This document shows positions 9,620 to 19,247 of a stretch of DNA of 57,397 nucleotides, piece after piece. Position numbers and translations under genes: made by a program. The notes below the pieces were generated by a model, which made no database searches, was not told the origin of the DNA, and worked only from the letters and a program-made list of their open reading frames with translations. The stretch comes from Candidatus Dadabacteria bacterium (GTDB lineage: Bacteria; Desulfobacterota_D; UBA1144; Nemesobacterales; Nemesobacteraceae), in assembly GCA_022819805.1 (NCBI GenBank), contig JAJEGO010000016.1, positions 1 through 57,397 on the forward strand, in the 5' to 3' direction. How positions within the stretch are numbered: the stretch's first letter is position 1; each line of letters starts with the position of its first letter.

Positions 9620-10339
9620 ATGAACAAACCTGCGGACAGAATGCTTGACCTGAGCGAAAAAGGCAGCGGCGGCAAGTCTCTTGACAGGAGACTTTTCGTG
9701 CAGTTCTTGGGTTTCGGGGGTATTGACCCGGCGCTTGAATCCCTTTTGGTCCGCGATCTTGAGAACTCTTCTTTAACGGCAGTGCTTTATTCGGACATAA
9801 ATGATTACAAAGGCGCGGGTCTTTTGACCATGAGCGAGGACCCCGAATTTTTCGTTACGGGACTCAGGCAATTTCTCTCCGACTCTTCTTTTGCCGTACT
9901 TAAGCCGAAGCCTGAGCACACGATGCTCGGAAGGACTTACTCGCTCGGTTATGAAAAGGACCTGGAGAGAACCCTGATCTCGGGTCCGATGCAGAAGATT
10001 TTTGATCCGGAACTTGAGTGGGGCATCTGGTACCCGCTCAGAAGAGCTAAGGCTTTTGAGACCCTTGCGCCCGAGGAGCAGAGGGCTGTTCTGGCGGAAC
10101 ACGGCAAAGTAGGGTTTCAGTTCGGGGACGCGGGATACGCAAAGGACATACGTCTTGCGAGCCACGGCCTTGATAAAAACGACAATGATTTCGTGATAGG
10201 AATTCTGGGCAAGGAACTCTATCCGCTCTCCGCATTGGTGGAGAGGATGAGAAAAACGCAGCAGACTTCAAGATATCTTGAAAGCTTGGGACCGTTTTTT
10301 ATCGGCAAAAAACTGTTTTCAACCAGGCAGGCCGCATGA
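9620..10339 (+). CDS. Chlorite dismutase/coproheme decarboxylase (ChdC/HemQ)-like heme protein
   Basis: WYPLRR, proximal EHG..G, S.GLD..DF, L..LVE.MR and GPFFIG motifs of the Cld/ChdC superfamily. Confidence 0.8.
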   Translation: MNKPADRMLDLSEKGSGGKSLDRRLFVQFLGFGGIDPALESLLVRDLENSSLTAVLYSDINDYKGAGLLTMSEDPEFFVTGLRQFLSDSSFAVLKPKPEHTMLGRTYSLGYEKDLERTLISGPMQKIFDPELEWGIWYPLRRAKAFETLAPEEQRAVLAEHGKVGFQFGDAGYAKDIRLASHGLDKNDNDFVIGILGKELYPLSALVERMRKTQQTSRYLESLGPFFIGKKLFSTRQAA

Positions 10340-11751
10340 AAGAGATCACTGAACTTTTCTCGGGACTTGGGATCCATATCGACCCGGAGATTGCCATCCC
10401 GATCGCGGTGGTAGTCGCCGTTTTCGCGGCGGTTTATTTTCTCTCCAGAAAAAAAGAGCTTCCGCCGGAAGTTACAACGGAGGAGCAGCCCGAGGCCGTT
10501 TCCGCTGAACCCGAAGAAGTGGATCAGACCCCGGAATCCCCCTCACCGGATGTTCCCCCTGTGGAAGCCGTTGAACCCGCGCCTGAACCGCAGTTCGCTG
10601 TGCCCGAACCCGTAGCGGCGGAAGAGAAGGAGACCGTTGCGCCGCCCCCGGATCCGGTCCCCGCGGCTGAGCCGACTGAGGTCCCCGAAGAACCGGTTCC
10701 CGTCGAAGAAGTGGAACCTGAGCCTGAAGAGCTGGAAACAGAAGAGGAACCCGAAGAAGATGCAGCCGCGCCGGAACCGGAGCCCGAAGTTGTCGCGGAA
10801 GAAACGGAAGAGGAGCCGGAGCAGGATTTCTTCTCGAGGCTTAGCCTGGGGCTCTCCAAAACCCGCAGGGGCATTCTGCAGAATCTTGAGAGTGTTTTCT
10901 CATCCGGCCGGGTTGATGACGCGGCCTGGGATGAATTCGAGGAGGTACTCATAATGTCGGATATGGGGGTTTCGACCACCGCGAAACTGAGGGAGAAGGT
11001 TTCCTCCGCTGTCGCGGCGGGGGATAGCGGAGACATGGAGAAAATAAAGACCCTTCTTGAAAAGGAGATTCTTGATATCCTGAGGGGAGTAGAGAGCCCG
11101 GTGGCCGAACTCTCCGCCAAGCCGGCGGTTTTCATGGTGGCCGGAGTCAACGGCGTCGGAAAGACTACTTCCATAGGGAAAATCGCCAACAGGTTCACGC
11201 AGGACGGAAAAAAGGTAATGGTTGCCGCCGCCGACACATTCAGGGCGGCCGCGGTTGAACAGCTCGGGGTGTGGGCGGAACGCGTGGGAAGCGATTTTCT
11301 TCGCGGTCAGACCGGGGCGGACCCTTCCGCCGTAGCCTACGACGCGGTAAAGGCGTCGGTTTCAAGAGGTATCGACCTGCTTATAGTAGATACCGCCGGT
11401 AGGGTTCACACAAAGACGGGACTTATGGATGAACTCAAGAAGCTGAGAAGAGTGATTGCCCGGGAACTTGAAGGGGCCCCGCACGAAACTCTCCTTGTGG
11501 TTGACGCCACTACCGGGCAGAACGCCGTGGAGCAGGCGAGGGTTTTCGGTGAGGCCATCGGAATAACCGGTATAGTGCTTACCAAGCTCGACGGAACCGC
11601 CAAAGGAGGGATAATAGTGGCGATAGCGGAACAGCTCGGTCTTCCGGTGAAGTACATAGGCGTTGGAGAAGGTCTTGGGGATCTGCGCGAATTTGACGCC
11701 GAACAGTTCACCAAGGCCCTTTTCACATCGGACAAGGAGTCCCTGCACTAG
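10336..11751 (+). CDS. ftsY: SRP receptor FtsY with N-terminal TM anchor and acidic Pro/Glu region
   Basis: GVNGVGKTTSIGK, AADTFRAAA, DTAGR, TKLDGTAKGG and IGVGEGL.DL motifs. Confidence 0.97.
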   Translation: MKEITELFSGLGIHIDPEIAIPIAVVVAVFAAVYFLSRKKELPPEVTTEEQPEAVSAEPEEVDQTPESPSPDVPPVEAVEPAPEPQFAVPEPVAAEEKETVAPPPDPVPAAEPTEVPEEPVPVEEVEPEPEELETEEEPEEDAAAPEPEPEVVAEETEEEPEQDFFSRLSLGLSKTRRGILQNLESVFSSGRVDDAAWDEFEEVLIMSDMGVSTTAKLREKVSSAVAAGDSGDMEKIKTLLEKEILDILRGVESPVAELSAKPAVFMVAGVNGVGKTTSIGKIANRFTQDGKKVMVAAADTFRAAAVEQLGVWAERVGSDFLRGQTGADPSAVAYDAVKASVSRGIDLLIVDTAGRVHTKTGLMDELKKLRRVIARELEGAPHETLLVVDATTGQNAVEQARVFGEAIGITGIVLTKLDGTAKGGIIVAIAEQLGLPVKYIGVGEGLGDLREFDAEQFTKALFTSDKESLH

Positions 11752-11756
11752 GTTTT

Positions 11757-12866
11757 TTGATGCCTGCTAAAGATGACACTGAATTTATGAAAAAAGCCCT
11801 GAGGCTTGCCCTCAGGGGAGAAGGGTGCACGAGCCCCAATCCCATGGTCGGCGCCGTCTGCGTGCTTGGAGGACGGATTGTGGGCCGCGGCTACCATAAA
11901 AAAGCCGGTTCCCCGCATGCGGAGATAGAAGCGTTCTTAGATGCCGCGAAAAAAAGAATTTCCCTCAAAGGCGCCACGCTTTACGTGACGCTTGAACCCT
12001 GCTGCCATACCGAAAAGCTTACTCCTCCGTGCACCGACGCTATAGTGGCCTCGGGAATATCCGATGTCGTCGTGGGAGCCCTTGACCCTAACCCGAAAGT
12101 AAGCGGAAAGGGGGTAGCCAAGCTTCGCGAAAACGGAATATCGGTAAGAACAGGGGTGCTTGAGAAGGAATGCGGGGAACTAAACGAGTTTTTCAACAAG
12201 CACGTTGTTTCAGGGCTTCCCTTCGTAATCCTAAAATCGGCCTCGACAATTGACGGCAAGATAGCTTCCGCAACGGGTGATTCCAAGTGGATAGGAAGCG
12301 AGAGGCAGAGAAAAATGGCCCATCGTCTGAGAAAGAAAGCGGATGCCGTAATTGTCGGAATAAACACGGTGCTCGCCGATGACCCGGGACTTGACGTCCG
12401 ACTCGTCGGGGGGAACGTGCGCCAGCCGGTTCCGGTGATTATGGATTCAAAGCTTCGTATTTCTCCTGAAGCGAGGATCTTCAGCACCCATCCCCGCTCG
12501 ATAATAGCCACTGCGAAGGGGCCGGGGAAGACTAAGGAAAAGAGGCTTCGCGAACTCGGCGCCAAGATCCTGAGGTTAAAATCCGATTCGGAGGGTCGCG
12601 TGTCTGCAAAGGATCTTCTCAGGGAGCTTGGAGCCATGGGAATGTGCGGCGTTCTGGTTGAGGGAGGGAGCACGGTTGGGGGCCATTTTCTGCGCGAGGG
12701 TCTGGTTGACAAGGTGGTTTTCTTTTACTCGCCAAAGATTATCGGCGGCGACGGGGTGAGCATGATCGGGAATCTTGGCAAGGAATCAATCGGGGAGGCG
12801 ATCAACATCAAAAATATGAGGATCAGAAGGTTCGGCGATGAAATAATGATAGAGGGCTACATATGA
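11757..12866 (+). CDS. ribD: Bifunctional riboflavin deaminase/reductase RibD
   Basis: PNPMVGAV, HAE, YVTLEPCCH, IDGKIA and VEGG motifs. Confidence 0.97.
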   Translation: MMPAKDDTEFMKKALRLALRGEGCTSPNPMVGAVCVLGGRIVGRGYHKKAGSPHAEIEAFLDAAKKRISLKGATLYVTLEPCCHTEKLTPPCTDAIVASGISDVVVGALDPNPKVSGKGVAKLRENGISVRTGVLEKECGELNEFFNKHVVSGLPFVILKSASTIDGKIASATGDSKWIGSERQRKMAHRLRKKADAVIVGINTVLADDPGLDVRLVGGNVRQPVPVIMDSKLRISPEARIFSTHPRSIIATAKGPGKTKEKRLRELGAKILRLKSDSEGRVSAKDLLRELGAMGMCGVLVEGGSTVGGHFLREGLVDKVVFFYSPKIIGGDGVSMIGNLGKESIGEAINIKNMRIRRFGDEIMIEGYI

Positions 12867-13528
12867 AAACAGGTCTGATGGGCGGCTCGTTCGATCCCGT
12901 ACATGCGGGTCACCTGAGGGCCGCTGAGGAGATAAGTGAAAAACTGGGGCTTGACGAGGTGGTTTTCATTCCGACTCTTGTCTCTCCTCATAAAAGCTCA
13001 GAAGCCATATCCCACTTCTCCCACAGGCTCAATATGCTTAACCTCTCGGTAAAACGTAATCCCCGCTTCAAGGTTTCCGACATGGAACTCCGCAGGGAGC
13101 CCCCGTCCTACACTATCGACACCCTTAGGTCGCTTAACAAAACCAGTCCCCAGAACGAGTATTATTTCATAATGGGCTCCGAGCTTTTCGCCGAAATAGA
13201 CACGTGGAAGGATTTTGCGGAGCTTTTTAACTACTCAAGTTTCGTTGTTCTCCGGCGCCCAGGTTACGAATTTCCCGATTCCCCAAGTCCGGTTCCGCTT
13301 GCCCTGGAAAATGACTTTCGATATTCTTATAGCGACAAGGGTATGGATGTTTTTGCTCACACAAGCTCAAACGAACTGTTTTTAGTAGATATAGCCGGTA
13401 TAAAGGTTTCTTCCACGGAGATAAGGGAACTCGCGCGGCGGGGCAATTCCCTTGGATATCTGGTTGCGCGTGAAGTGGAGGGGTACATAGCGGAAAACGG
13501 CCTTTACCAGCTGGAGGAAAAACCATAG
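12863..13528 (+). CDS. nadD: Nicotinate-nucleotide adenylyltransferase
   Basis: GGSFDPVHAGH, SYTIDTL, FIMGSE and SSTEIR motifs. Confidence 0.95.
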   Translation: MKTGLMGGSFDPVHAGHLRAAEEISEKLGLDEVVFIPTLVSPHKSSEAISHFSHRLNMLNLSVKRNPRFKVSDMELRREPPSYTIDTLRSLNKTSPQNEYYFIMGSELFAEIDTWKDFAELFNYSSFVVLRRPGYEFPDSPSPVPLALENDFRYSYSDKGMDVFAHTSSNELFLVDIAGIKVSSTEIRELARRGNSLGYLVAREVEGYIAENGLYQLEEKP

Positions 13529-13896
13529 AATCCAGGGAAAAAGCCTTGTTTGTCGCCCGCGCCGCCTGGGAGAAGAAAGCGGATGACCCGGTGGTTCTGG
13601 AGATCAGGGAAAAAAGCGACGTGGCAGATTACTTCGTTGTGTGCAGCGCGAACTCCGACAGGGGAGTGCGGACCATAGTGGAGAGCGTCGAGCGGGAACT
13701 TAAAAAACACGGGGTAAAGGTATTCGGAACCGAAGGTGTCTCAGAGGGCAGATGGGTACTGCTTGATCTCGTGGACGTGGTTCTTCACGTGTTCCACCGG
13801 CCGGTTCGGGAATTCTACGACATTGAAGGACTCTGGATCGATACCCCGAGGGTGGACCTGCCTTTCCTTAAGGAAGGCAGATCCGAGGTTGTCTGA
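13525..13896 (+). CDS. rsfS: Ribosome silencing factor RsfS (probable ATA start at 13525; ORF track start is TTG at 13546)
   Basis: KKADD.VVL, ADYFVVCSANS, WVLLDLVDVVLHVF, REFYDIEGLW motifs and the classic position after nadD. GGAGG lies 7 nt before an in-frame ATA. Confidence 0.93.
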   Translation: MESREKALFVARAAWEKKADDPVVLEIREKSDVADYFVVCSANSDRGVRTIVESVERELKKHGVKVFGTEGVSEGRWVLLDLVDVVLHVFHRPVREFYDIEGLWIDTPRVDLPFLKEGRSEVV

Positions 13897-13913
13897 CACC
13901 GCGCCGCGGATTC

Positions 13914-15008
13914 TCAGCGGGCGGCGATAGTAGTTTCCCTTCTTCTGACGAAAGTCGGTATATCGAGGTCTTCCTCTATCTCTTCGGGGGTGTACGGCTG
14001 CTCCGAAATTATATCGGTAGCCCTTTTATCGATGTAATTTTCTATTCCGGTCGCGACCACCGTGATTCTTACGAAATCCTTGGCTTTCTCATCGAAGACC
14101 AGACCGAAAATCAGGTCGATATCGCCGTTTGCTCTTTCCCTCACATGCTTGCACGCTTCGTCGAGCTCTTCAATTCCGAAGTCTTCCGAAGCCGTTACGT
14201 TCATCAGTATTCCCTTGGCCCCGGCGATGGACACGTCCTCAAGAAGAGGACTTGTTATGGCCATCTGGGCCGCCTGAGTCGCCCGGTTCGGACCTTGCGC
14301 GAATCCGGAGCTCATAAGGGCCTTGCCTCCGTGGTTTGCCATAATGCTTTTCACGTCGGCAAAGTCGACGTTTATGTACCCGGTTCCCGTAACGATGTCG
14401 GAAATTCCCTTTACCGCTTGGTAAAGAACTTCATCCGCCTGGCGAAAAGCGTCAAGGATGCTGACCTTATGTATGGCCGCAAGCTTGTCGTTGGGAATCA
14501 CAATCAGCGTGTCGACGTGCTTATCAAGCTCCTCGATTCCGTAATTGGCGTTTTCCCTTCTTGCAACTCCCTCGAATTCGAAGGGTTTTGTGACTATCGC
14601 CACGGTGAGAATATCCCTCTCCTTGCACGCCTGGGCAATTATGGGAGAGGCGCCCGTGCCGGTTCCTCCTCCCATTCCCGTGGTTATAAAGACCATGTCA
14701 GCTCCTTCGAGAGCATCGCCTATCTTGTCGCGGTCCTCCAGGGCGGCCTCCTTGGCGAGCTGGGGATTTCCCCCGGAACCGAGACCCCTTGATATCCCTT
14801 CTCCTATCTGGACTTTCGTCGGTGCCAGAGATTTGCTGAGATCCTGGAAATCCGTGTTTAAGGCGACGAACTCCACCTCTTTAAGTCCCTTGGTTACCAT
14901 GGTGTTAACGGCGTTCCCACCCGCTCCACCAGTTCCTACAACCTTGATTCTCGCTCTGTTGAACACTTCTTCAGCATGCTCAACATGCTCAATCTTAAAA
15001 CTTGCCAT
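13914..15008 (-). CDS. ftsZ: Cell division protein FtsZ
   Basis: GGAGGNAVN, GMGGGTGTG, INVDFADV and C-terminal DIPTFVR motifs. Confidence 0.99.
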   Translation of the reverse strand: MASFKIEHVEHAEEVFNRARIKVVGTGGAGGNAVNTMVTKGLKEVEFVALNTDFQDLSKSLAPTKVQIGEGISRGLGSGGNPQLAKEAALEDRDKIGDALEGADMVFITTGMGGGTGTGASPIIAQACKERDILTVAIVTKPFEFEGVARRENANYGIEELDKHVDTLIVIPNDKLAAIHKVSILDAFRQADEVLYQAVKGISDIVTGTGYINVDFADVKSIMANHGGKALMSSGFAQGPNRATQAAQMAITSPLLEDVSIAGAKGILMNVTASEDFGIEELDEACKHVRERANGDIDLIFGLVFDEKAKDFVRITVVATGIENYIDKRATDIISEQPYTPEEIEEDLDIPTFVRRRETTIAAR

Positions 15009-15036
15009 ATGTTTACCCTCCAGTTGGATTTCTCCT

Positions 15037-16275
15037 TTAAAAAAATTCGTTAAACCATCCTTTCATTCTCGTAAAAACATTCTTCTGTCTCAGAACCCCC
15101 GCCGGAACGCCGGGTTGTTCATTCAAACTTGCGTATTTAACCAGCCCCACTCCGGTTGAGTAGATGGGGTCGGTAATAATTTCCGTAAGACCGTTTACAT
15201 CCCGGGGTATTCCTATGCGAACCGGCATGTCGAGCACCTGTTCGGCAAGAGTTGTCATCTCGCGCATCTTGCTGCTTCCGCCCGTGAGCACCACTCCTGC
15301 CGGCAGCATTCCGGTGAACCCCTTCTTCAGGAATTCTTTTTTTATCAGCGTGAATATCTCCTCCATTCTCATCTGGATTATCGTCGTGAGATCCCTTTTC
15401 AGAACATGCTTGGGCACGTGTCCGGAGGCGCTTTTCACCTCTATTCTCTTGTCGCTCGGCATTTCGTTAGGTTTTGCCATGGCCGTGCCGTGATTTTCCT
15501 TGAGTTTTCTCGCTTCGGGAAGCGGCACCGAGAGTCCAAACGCGATATCCCTGTCGAGGTGATCACCTCCAAGGGTAATGCTTTCCGTATACTTAGTGCT
15601 TCCGTTCATAAACACTGCTATATCGCAAGTGCCTCCCCCGAAGTCTATCATTGCCACCCCGATTTCTCTCTCGTCCTCCGTAAGGACCGCTTCGCTTGAG
15701 GCTATCTGCTCAAGCACCATGTCAACAGAAAGCATCCCCGACATCTCGATGCATTTTATGATGTTCCGGGCCGCGGTCACGTCCCCCGTGACTATGTGGA
15801 CATCCGCCTCGAGCTTTAGGCCGTGGATTCCGACCGGGTCCTTTATGCCGCTTTCCCTGTCAACCGTGTAGTCCTGCGGGATGGCGTGAATAATCTCCCT
15901 CTCCGCCGGAATCAGCAGGGCGTTTGCCGATTCTATTACTCTCTCAATATCCTTGGAAGTTACCTCTTTGTCCCGCAGGGTAACCATTCCGTGCCCGTTC
16001 ATTCCCTTTATATGTCCGCCGGCTATTCCCACTATGACCTCCTTTATCACGTGCCCGGACATGCGTTCGGCCTTCTCGGCCGCGTTCTGTATGGAATCCA
16101 CGGTTTTTTCTATGTTGACCACCACTCCTCTTTTAAGTCCGTGGGAAGGATGGTTGCCGACGCCGATTATCTCGACCTCGCCGTTTAGGTCGAATTCTCC
16201 AACCACTACGGAGACTTTCGTCGTTCCTATGTCGAGACCAACTATCGGTAGCGAATTGTTTCTTCTCTGTGCCAT
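15037..16275 (-). CDS. ftsA: Cell division protein FtsA
   Basis: GLDIGTTKV, IDFGGGT, VLTGGSS and P.YSTGVGL motifs. Confidence 0.98.
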   Translation of the reverse strand: MAQRRNNSLPIVGLDIGTTKVSVVVGEFDLNGEVEIIGVGNHPSHGLKRGVVVNIEKTVDSIQNAAEKAERMSGHVIKEVIVGIAGGHIKGMNGHGMVTLRDKEVTSKDIERVIESANALLIPAEREIIHAIPQDYTVDRESGIKDPVGIHGLKLEADVHIVTGDVTAARNIIKCIEMSGMLSVDMVLEQIASSEAVLTEDEREIGVAMIDFGGGTCDIAVFMNGSTKYTESITLGGDHLDRDIAFGLSVPLPEARKLKENHGTAMAKPNEMPSDKRIEVKSASGHVPKHVLKRDLTTIIQMRMEEIFTLIKKEFLKKGFTGMLPAGVVLTGGSSKMREMTTLAEQVLDMPVRIGIPRDVNGLTEIITDPIYSTGVGLVKYASLNEQPGVPAGVLRQKNVFTRMKGWFNEFF

Positions 16276-16284
16276 TTCGTGATG

Positions 16285-16986
16285 TCAGGAGTCGTAGCCT
16301 ATTACGCCTACTTCGCCAGAACTTATGTCTATATCTTTTTCCACCAGGTTTTTCTTGCGGGAATGAACTATTATCCTCTCAACCTTGTGCCACTTGTTTT
16401 TCATGTTGTTTTTTCCGAAGATTACGAATCTGCGGTCAAGGGTCAGGAGCTTGATCCCGAAGGTCTCCTCTACCACTATCTCGGAGATTTCCGACCAGTC
16501 CAGAACTGAACTGGACTTGGAGAGGTTAAGAATCTCGATTGCCTGGAGCATGAGATCCGGGCTGATTTCCTCCCTGCTTGAGATTACCGGGAAATCAAGA
16601 CCCCGCGACGGCTTGGCGACACCCAGCATCTTTCCTTGTTGATCTATGTACTGAGGTTCTGTTCCCTCCCGGGCCACTATGCAGAAGGGGTCGTTTTCGG
16701 AAATCTCAATTTTTATCTTTCCGTGAAGAAATTTCTTCACCCGTGCGTCGCTCACCCATGGGTTCTCAAGGATTTTCTGCTCCGCTTTGGAAGCGGAAAA
16801 CAGCATGGATGTCGACCTGGCCCTTATCCCCGACCGTTTTACGATTTCGGAAGGACTTATCTTGTTGTTTCCGGTGATGACAACCTCCTTTACGGTGAGA
16901 TGCTTTGACGGTTCGACCGCGAAAAGGGCGATACCGCAGACCGAGAGGATGAAAACCGCTGATATTCCTTTTGTCAGCATTCTCAT
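16285..16986 (-). CDS. ftsQ: Cell division protein FtsQ/DivIB
   Basis: N-terminal TM, POTRA-like region (ITGN, NPWV..A.V.K) and position before ftsA. Confidence 0.88.
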   Translation of the reverse strand: MRMLTKGISAVFILSVCGIALFAVEPSKHLTVKEVVITGNNKISPSEIVKRSGIRARSTSMLFSASKAEQKILENPWVSDARVKKFLHGKIKIEISENDPFCIVAREGTEPQYIDQQGKMLGVAKPSRGLDFPVISSREEISPDLMLQAIEILNLSKSSSVLDWSEISEIVVEETFGIKLLTLDRRFVIFGKNNMKNKWHKVERIIVHSRKKNLVEKDIDISSGEVGVIGYDS

Positions 16987-17879
16987 GCGGTTCCCGCCTC
17001 CCTGCCCATTATTTCGACTTCGGGTTCAAGCGTTATGTTCCGTTTTTCCAGGGCGGTTTCCCTCGCCTTTTCAATGAGCGTGATGATATCGTCGGCTTTT
17101 GCCCTGTTGAAATTCACGATGAAATTCGCGTGGATTTCCGAGAACTTGGCCCCGCCCACGCAGAGCCCCTTGAATCCGAGTCCCTCAAGCAGCTCTCCCG
17201 CGCTCACCGTGGGCGGATTTTTGAAAACCGAACCCGTATTGGCCATTTTCACGGGCTGGGTCCTGTTTCTGTACGCGAGGTACTGTCTCACGTTCTCCTC
17301 GCTTTTCTTCCTGTCTCCTTTTCGCAGTTCGAACGTGGCTCTCGTGACTATGGCGCCCGTGGGCAGGTTGCTTTTCCTGTACTCGAAGTTGATTTCTTCT
17401 CTTAACAGCTCCTTTTCCTCCCCTCCGTGCCATATGTAAACTTTTTTCACCGCGTCCTTTATTTCTCCTCCGTTCGCACCGGCGTTCATGTATATGCTTC
17501 CCCCCACAGTTCCCGGTATGCCTGCGGCGAACTCAAACCCGGTGAGTCCGAGGCGGATAGACCTGTTCATTATGGATGAGAGCATCGCTCCGCATTCGGC
17601 TTCAACCCGGGTGCCGTCTATGCGCACTTCCTTCAGCTTCCTCGTGCTTATCACGATCCCGTCGATTCCCTGCTCGGTTATTATGGTGTTGGAGCCGGCT
17701 CCGAGCACGGTGACTTTTTCCCCGGACTCGTGGCAGCGCCTGAGCAGTTTGAGGAAACTCTCCATGTTCTGCGGATACACGAGGCGCTTTGCCTCTCCCC
17801 CGACTTTTATGTACAGGTACTTCCTCATCGGGTAGTTATCCAGTATCTCGAGATCCCTGTTTTGAATTGCGTTGCTCAT
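16983..17879 (-). CDS. murB: UDP-N-acetylenolpyruvoylglucosamine reductase
   Basis: LGAGSN, GIPGTVGG..YMNAGA, F.YRKS, TGSVFKNP and HANFIVN motifs. Confidence 0.97.
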   Translation of the reverse strand: MSNAIQNRDLEILDNYPMRKYLYIKVGGEAKRLVYPQNMESFLKLLRRCHESGEKVTVLGAGSNTIITEQGIDGIVISTRKLKEVRIDGTRVEAECGAMLSSIMNRSIRLGLTGFEFAAGIPGTVGGSIYMNAGANGGEIKDAVKKVYIWHGGEEKELLREEINFEYRKSNLPTGAIVTRATFELRKGDRKKSEENVRQYLAYRNRTQPVKMANTGSVFKNPPTVSAGELLEGLGFKGLCVGGAKFSEIHANFIVNFNRAKADDIITLIEKARETALEKRNITLEPEVEIMGREAGTA

Positions 17880-19243
17880 CCGATCCGCTCTGCGATCCTG
17901 TCCCCGTATTTCCAGACATTTCCTGCGCCCGAGGTAAGCAGGATGTCTCCCTTTTTAAGCTCGTTTGCCATGCGGTCCACAAAAGTGTCCGGGTCATCCA
18001 CGTAATGCGCGTTTTTGTTGCCCGCATTCTTTATGTCTTCGACCAGTTTTTCTGAAGTTATTCCCTTTACCGGTTTTTCCCCGGCGGGATATATATCAAG
18101 AACGTATAGGTGTTTTACCTTTCCTAAAACCCTGACAAAATCGTCGTAAAGAAGCTTTGTCCTAGAAAATCTGTGGGGCTGGAAGAGCAGGATCGGTTCT
18201 TGGGAAAACGCCGTTTTAAGAGCTTCTATAGTGACTTCCAGCTCGCTCGGGTGATGCCCGTAATCATCCACTATTTTTACACCTTTCCTCTTGCTTTTCA
18301 ACTGCAGTCTTCTCTCCGTGCCCTCAAAAACGGCGAGGCCTTTTTTTATCTTCTCGAAACTGAAACCGAACTCCATTCCCACGGCTATCGCGGCTAGGGA
18401 ATTGAGGGCATTGTGGGTGCCCAGGGTGCTCAGTTCCACATCTCCGAGCAGGTAGCCTCCGTAGGTTACTTCAAACGATGTCCGCAGTTGGGAAAAGCGT
18501 ATGTTCTCCGCCATGAGGTCCGCCGGGGCGGCGATTCCGTAAGTCAGTATTTTTTTGTTGAATTTCCTGCTTATCTCCGCGGTCCTCGGACAGTCGGCGC
18601 ACGTTATGGCGAGTCCGTAGAAGGGGATCTTGTGCAGGAAGTTAGAAAAGGCAGTTTCAAGGGCTTCCATGTTTCCGTAGTAATCAAGGTGCTCATTGTC
18701 GATATTGGTAAGCACGGTGACGACCGGGGAGAGTTTTTCGAATGATCCGTCGCTCTCGTCGGCTTCCACTACCATGAAGCGGCCGGTTCCCAGATGAGCG
18801 TTTGAGTCTATGGTCCGCAGTTTTCCTCCGACTACTATGGTAGGGTCCGCGCCGCAGTGGGAAAGCACCGAAGCTATCATGGAGGATGTGGTGGTTTTTC
18901 CGTGGCTTCCGGCAACGGCGATGCCGAACCTGAGCCTCATCAGTTCCGCGAGCATCTCCGCCCTGGGTATCAGGGGAACCCTCGCCGCGGCTGCCGCTAT
19001 CATCTCCGGATTGTCCTCTCCGATTGCCGATGAGTACACGACTACCTCGCTTCCTTTTATGTTCTCTGAGCTGTGGCCCGTGTGAACGACGGCTCCCAGG
19101 GAAGCCAGCCGGCGGGTCGTCTGGGTCTCCGCCAGGTCAGAGCCGGTTACCTCAACGCCCATGTTGATCAGCACTTCCGCTATGCCGCTCATTCCTATGC
19201 CGCCTATGCCGATGAAATGGGCTTTTTTTATTTTCCCGTACAT
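17876..19243 (-). CDS. murC: UDP-N-acetylmuramate-L-alanine ligase
   Basis: IGIGGIGMSGIA, AGSHGKTTTSS, EADESD and DDYGHHPSE motifs. Confidence 0.98.
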   Translation of the reverse strand: MYGKIKKAHFIGIGGIGMSGIAEVLINMGVEVTGSDLAETQTTRRLASLGAVVHTGHSSENIKGSEVVVYSSAIGEDNPEMIAAAAARVPLIPRAEMLAELMRLRFGIAVAGSHGKTTTSSMIASVLSHCGADPTIVVGGKLRTIDSNAHLGTGRFMVVEADESDGSFEKLSPVVTVLTNIDNEHLDYYGNMEALETAFSNFLHKIPFYGLAITCADCPRTAEISRKFNKKILTYGIAAPADLMAENIRFSQLRTSFEVTYGGYLLGDVELSTLGTHNALNSLAAIAVGMEFGFSFEKIKKGLAVFEGTERRLQLKSKRKGVKIVDDYGHHPSELEVTIEALKTAFSQEPILLFQPHRFSRTKLLYDDFVRVLGKVKHLYVLDIYPAGEKPVKGITSEKLVEDIKNAGNKNAHYVDDPDTFVDRMANELKKGDILLTSGAGNVWKYGDRIAERIG

Positions 19244-19247
19244 TGAC

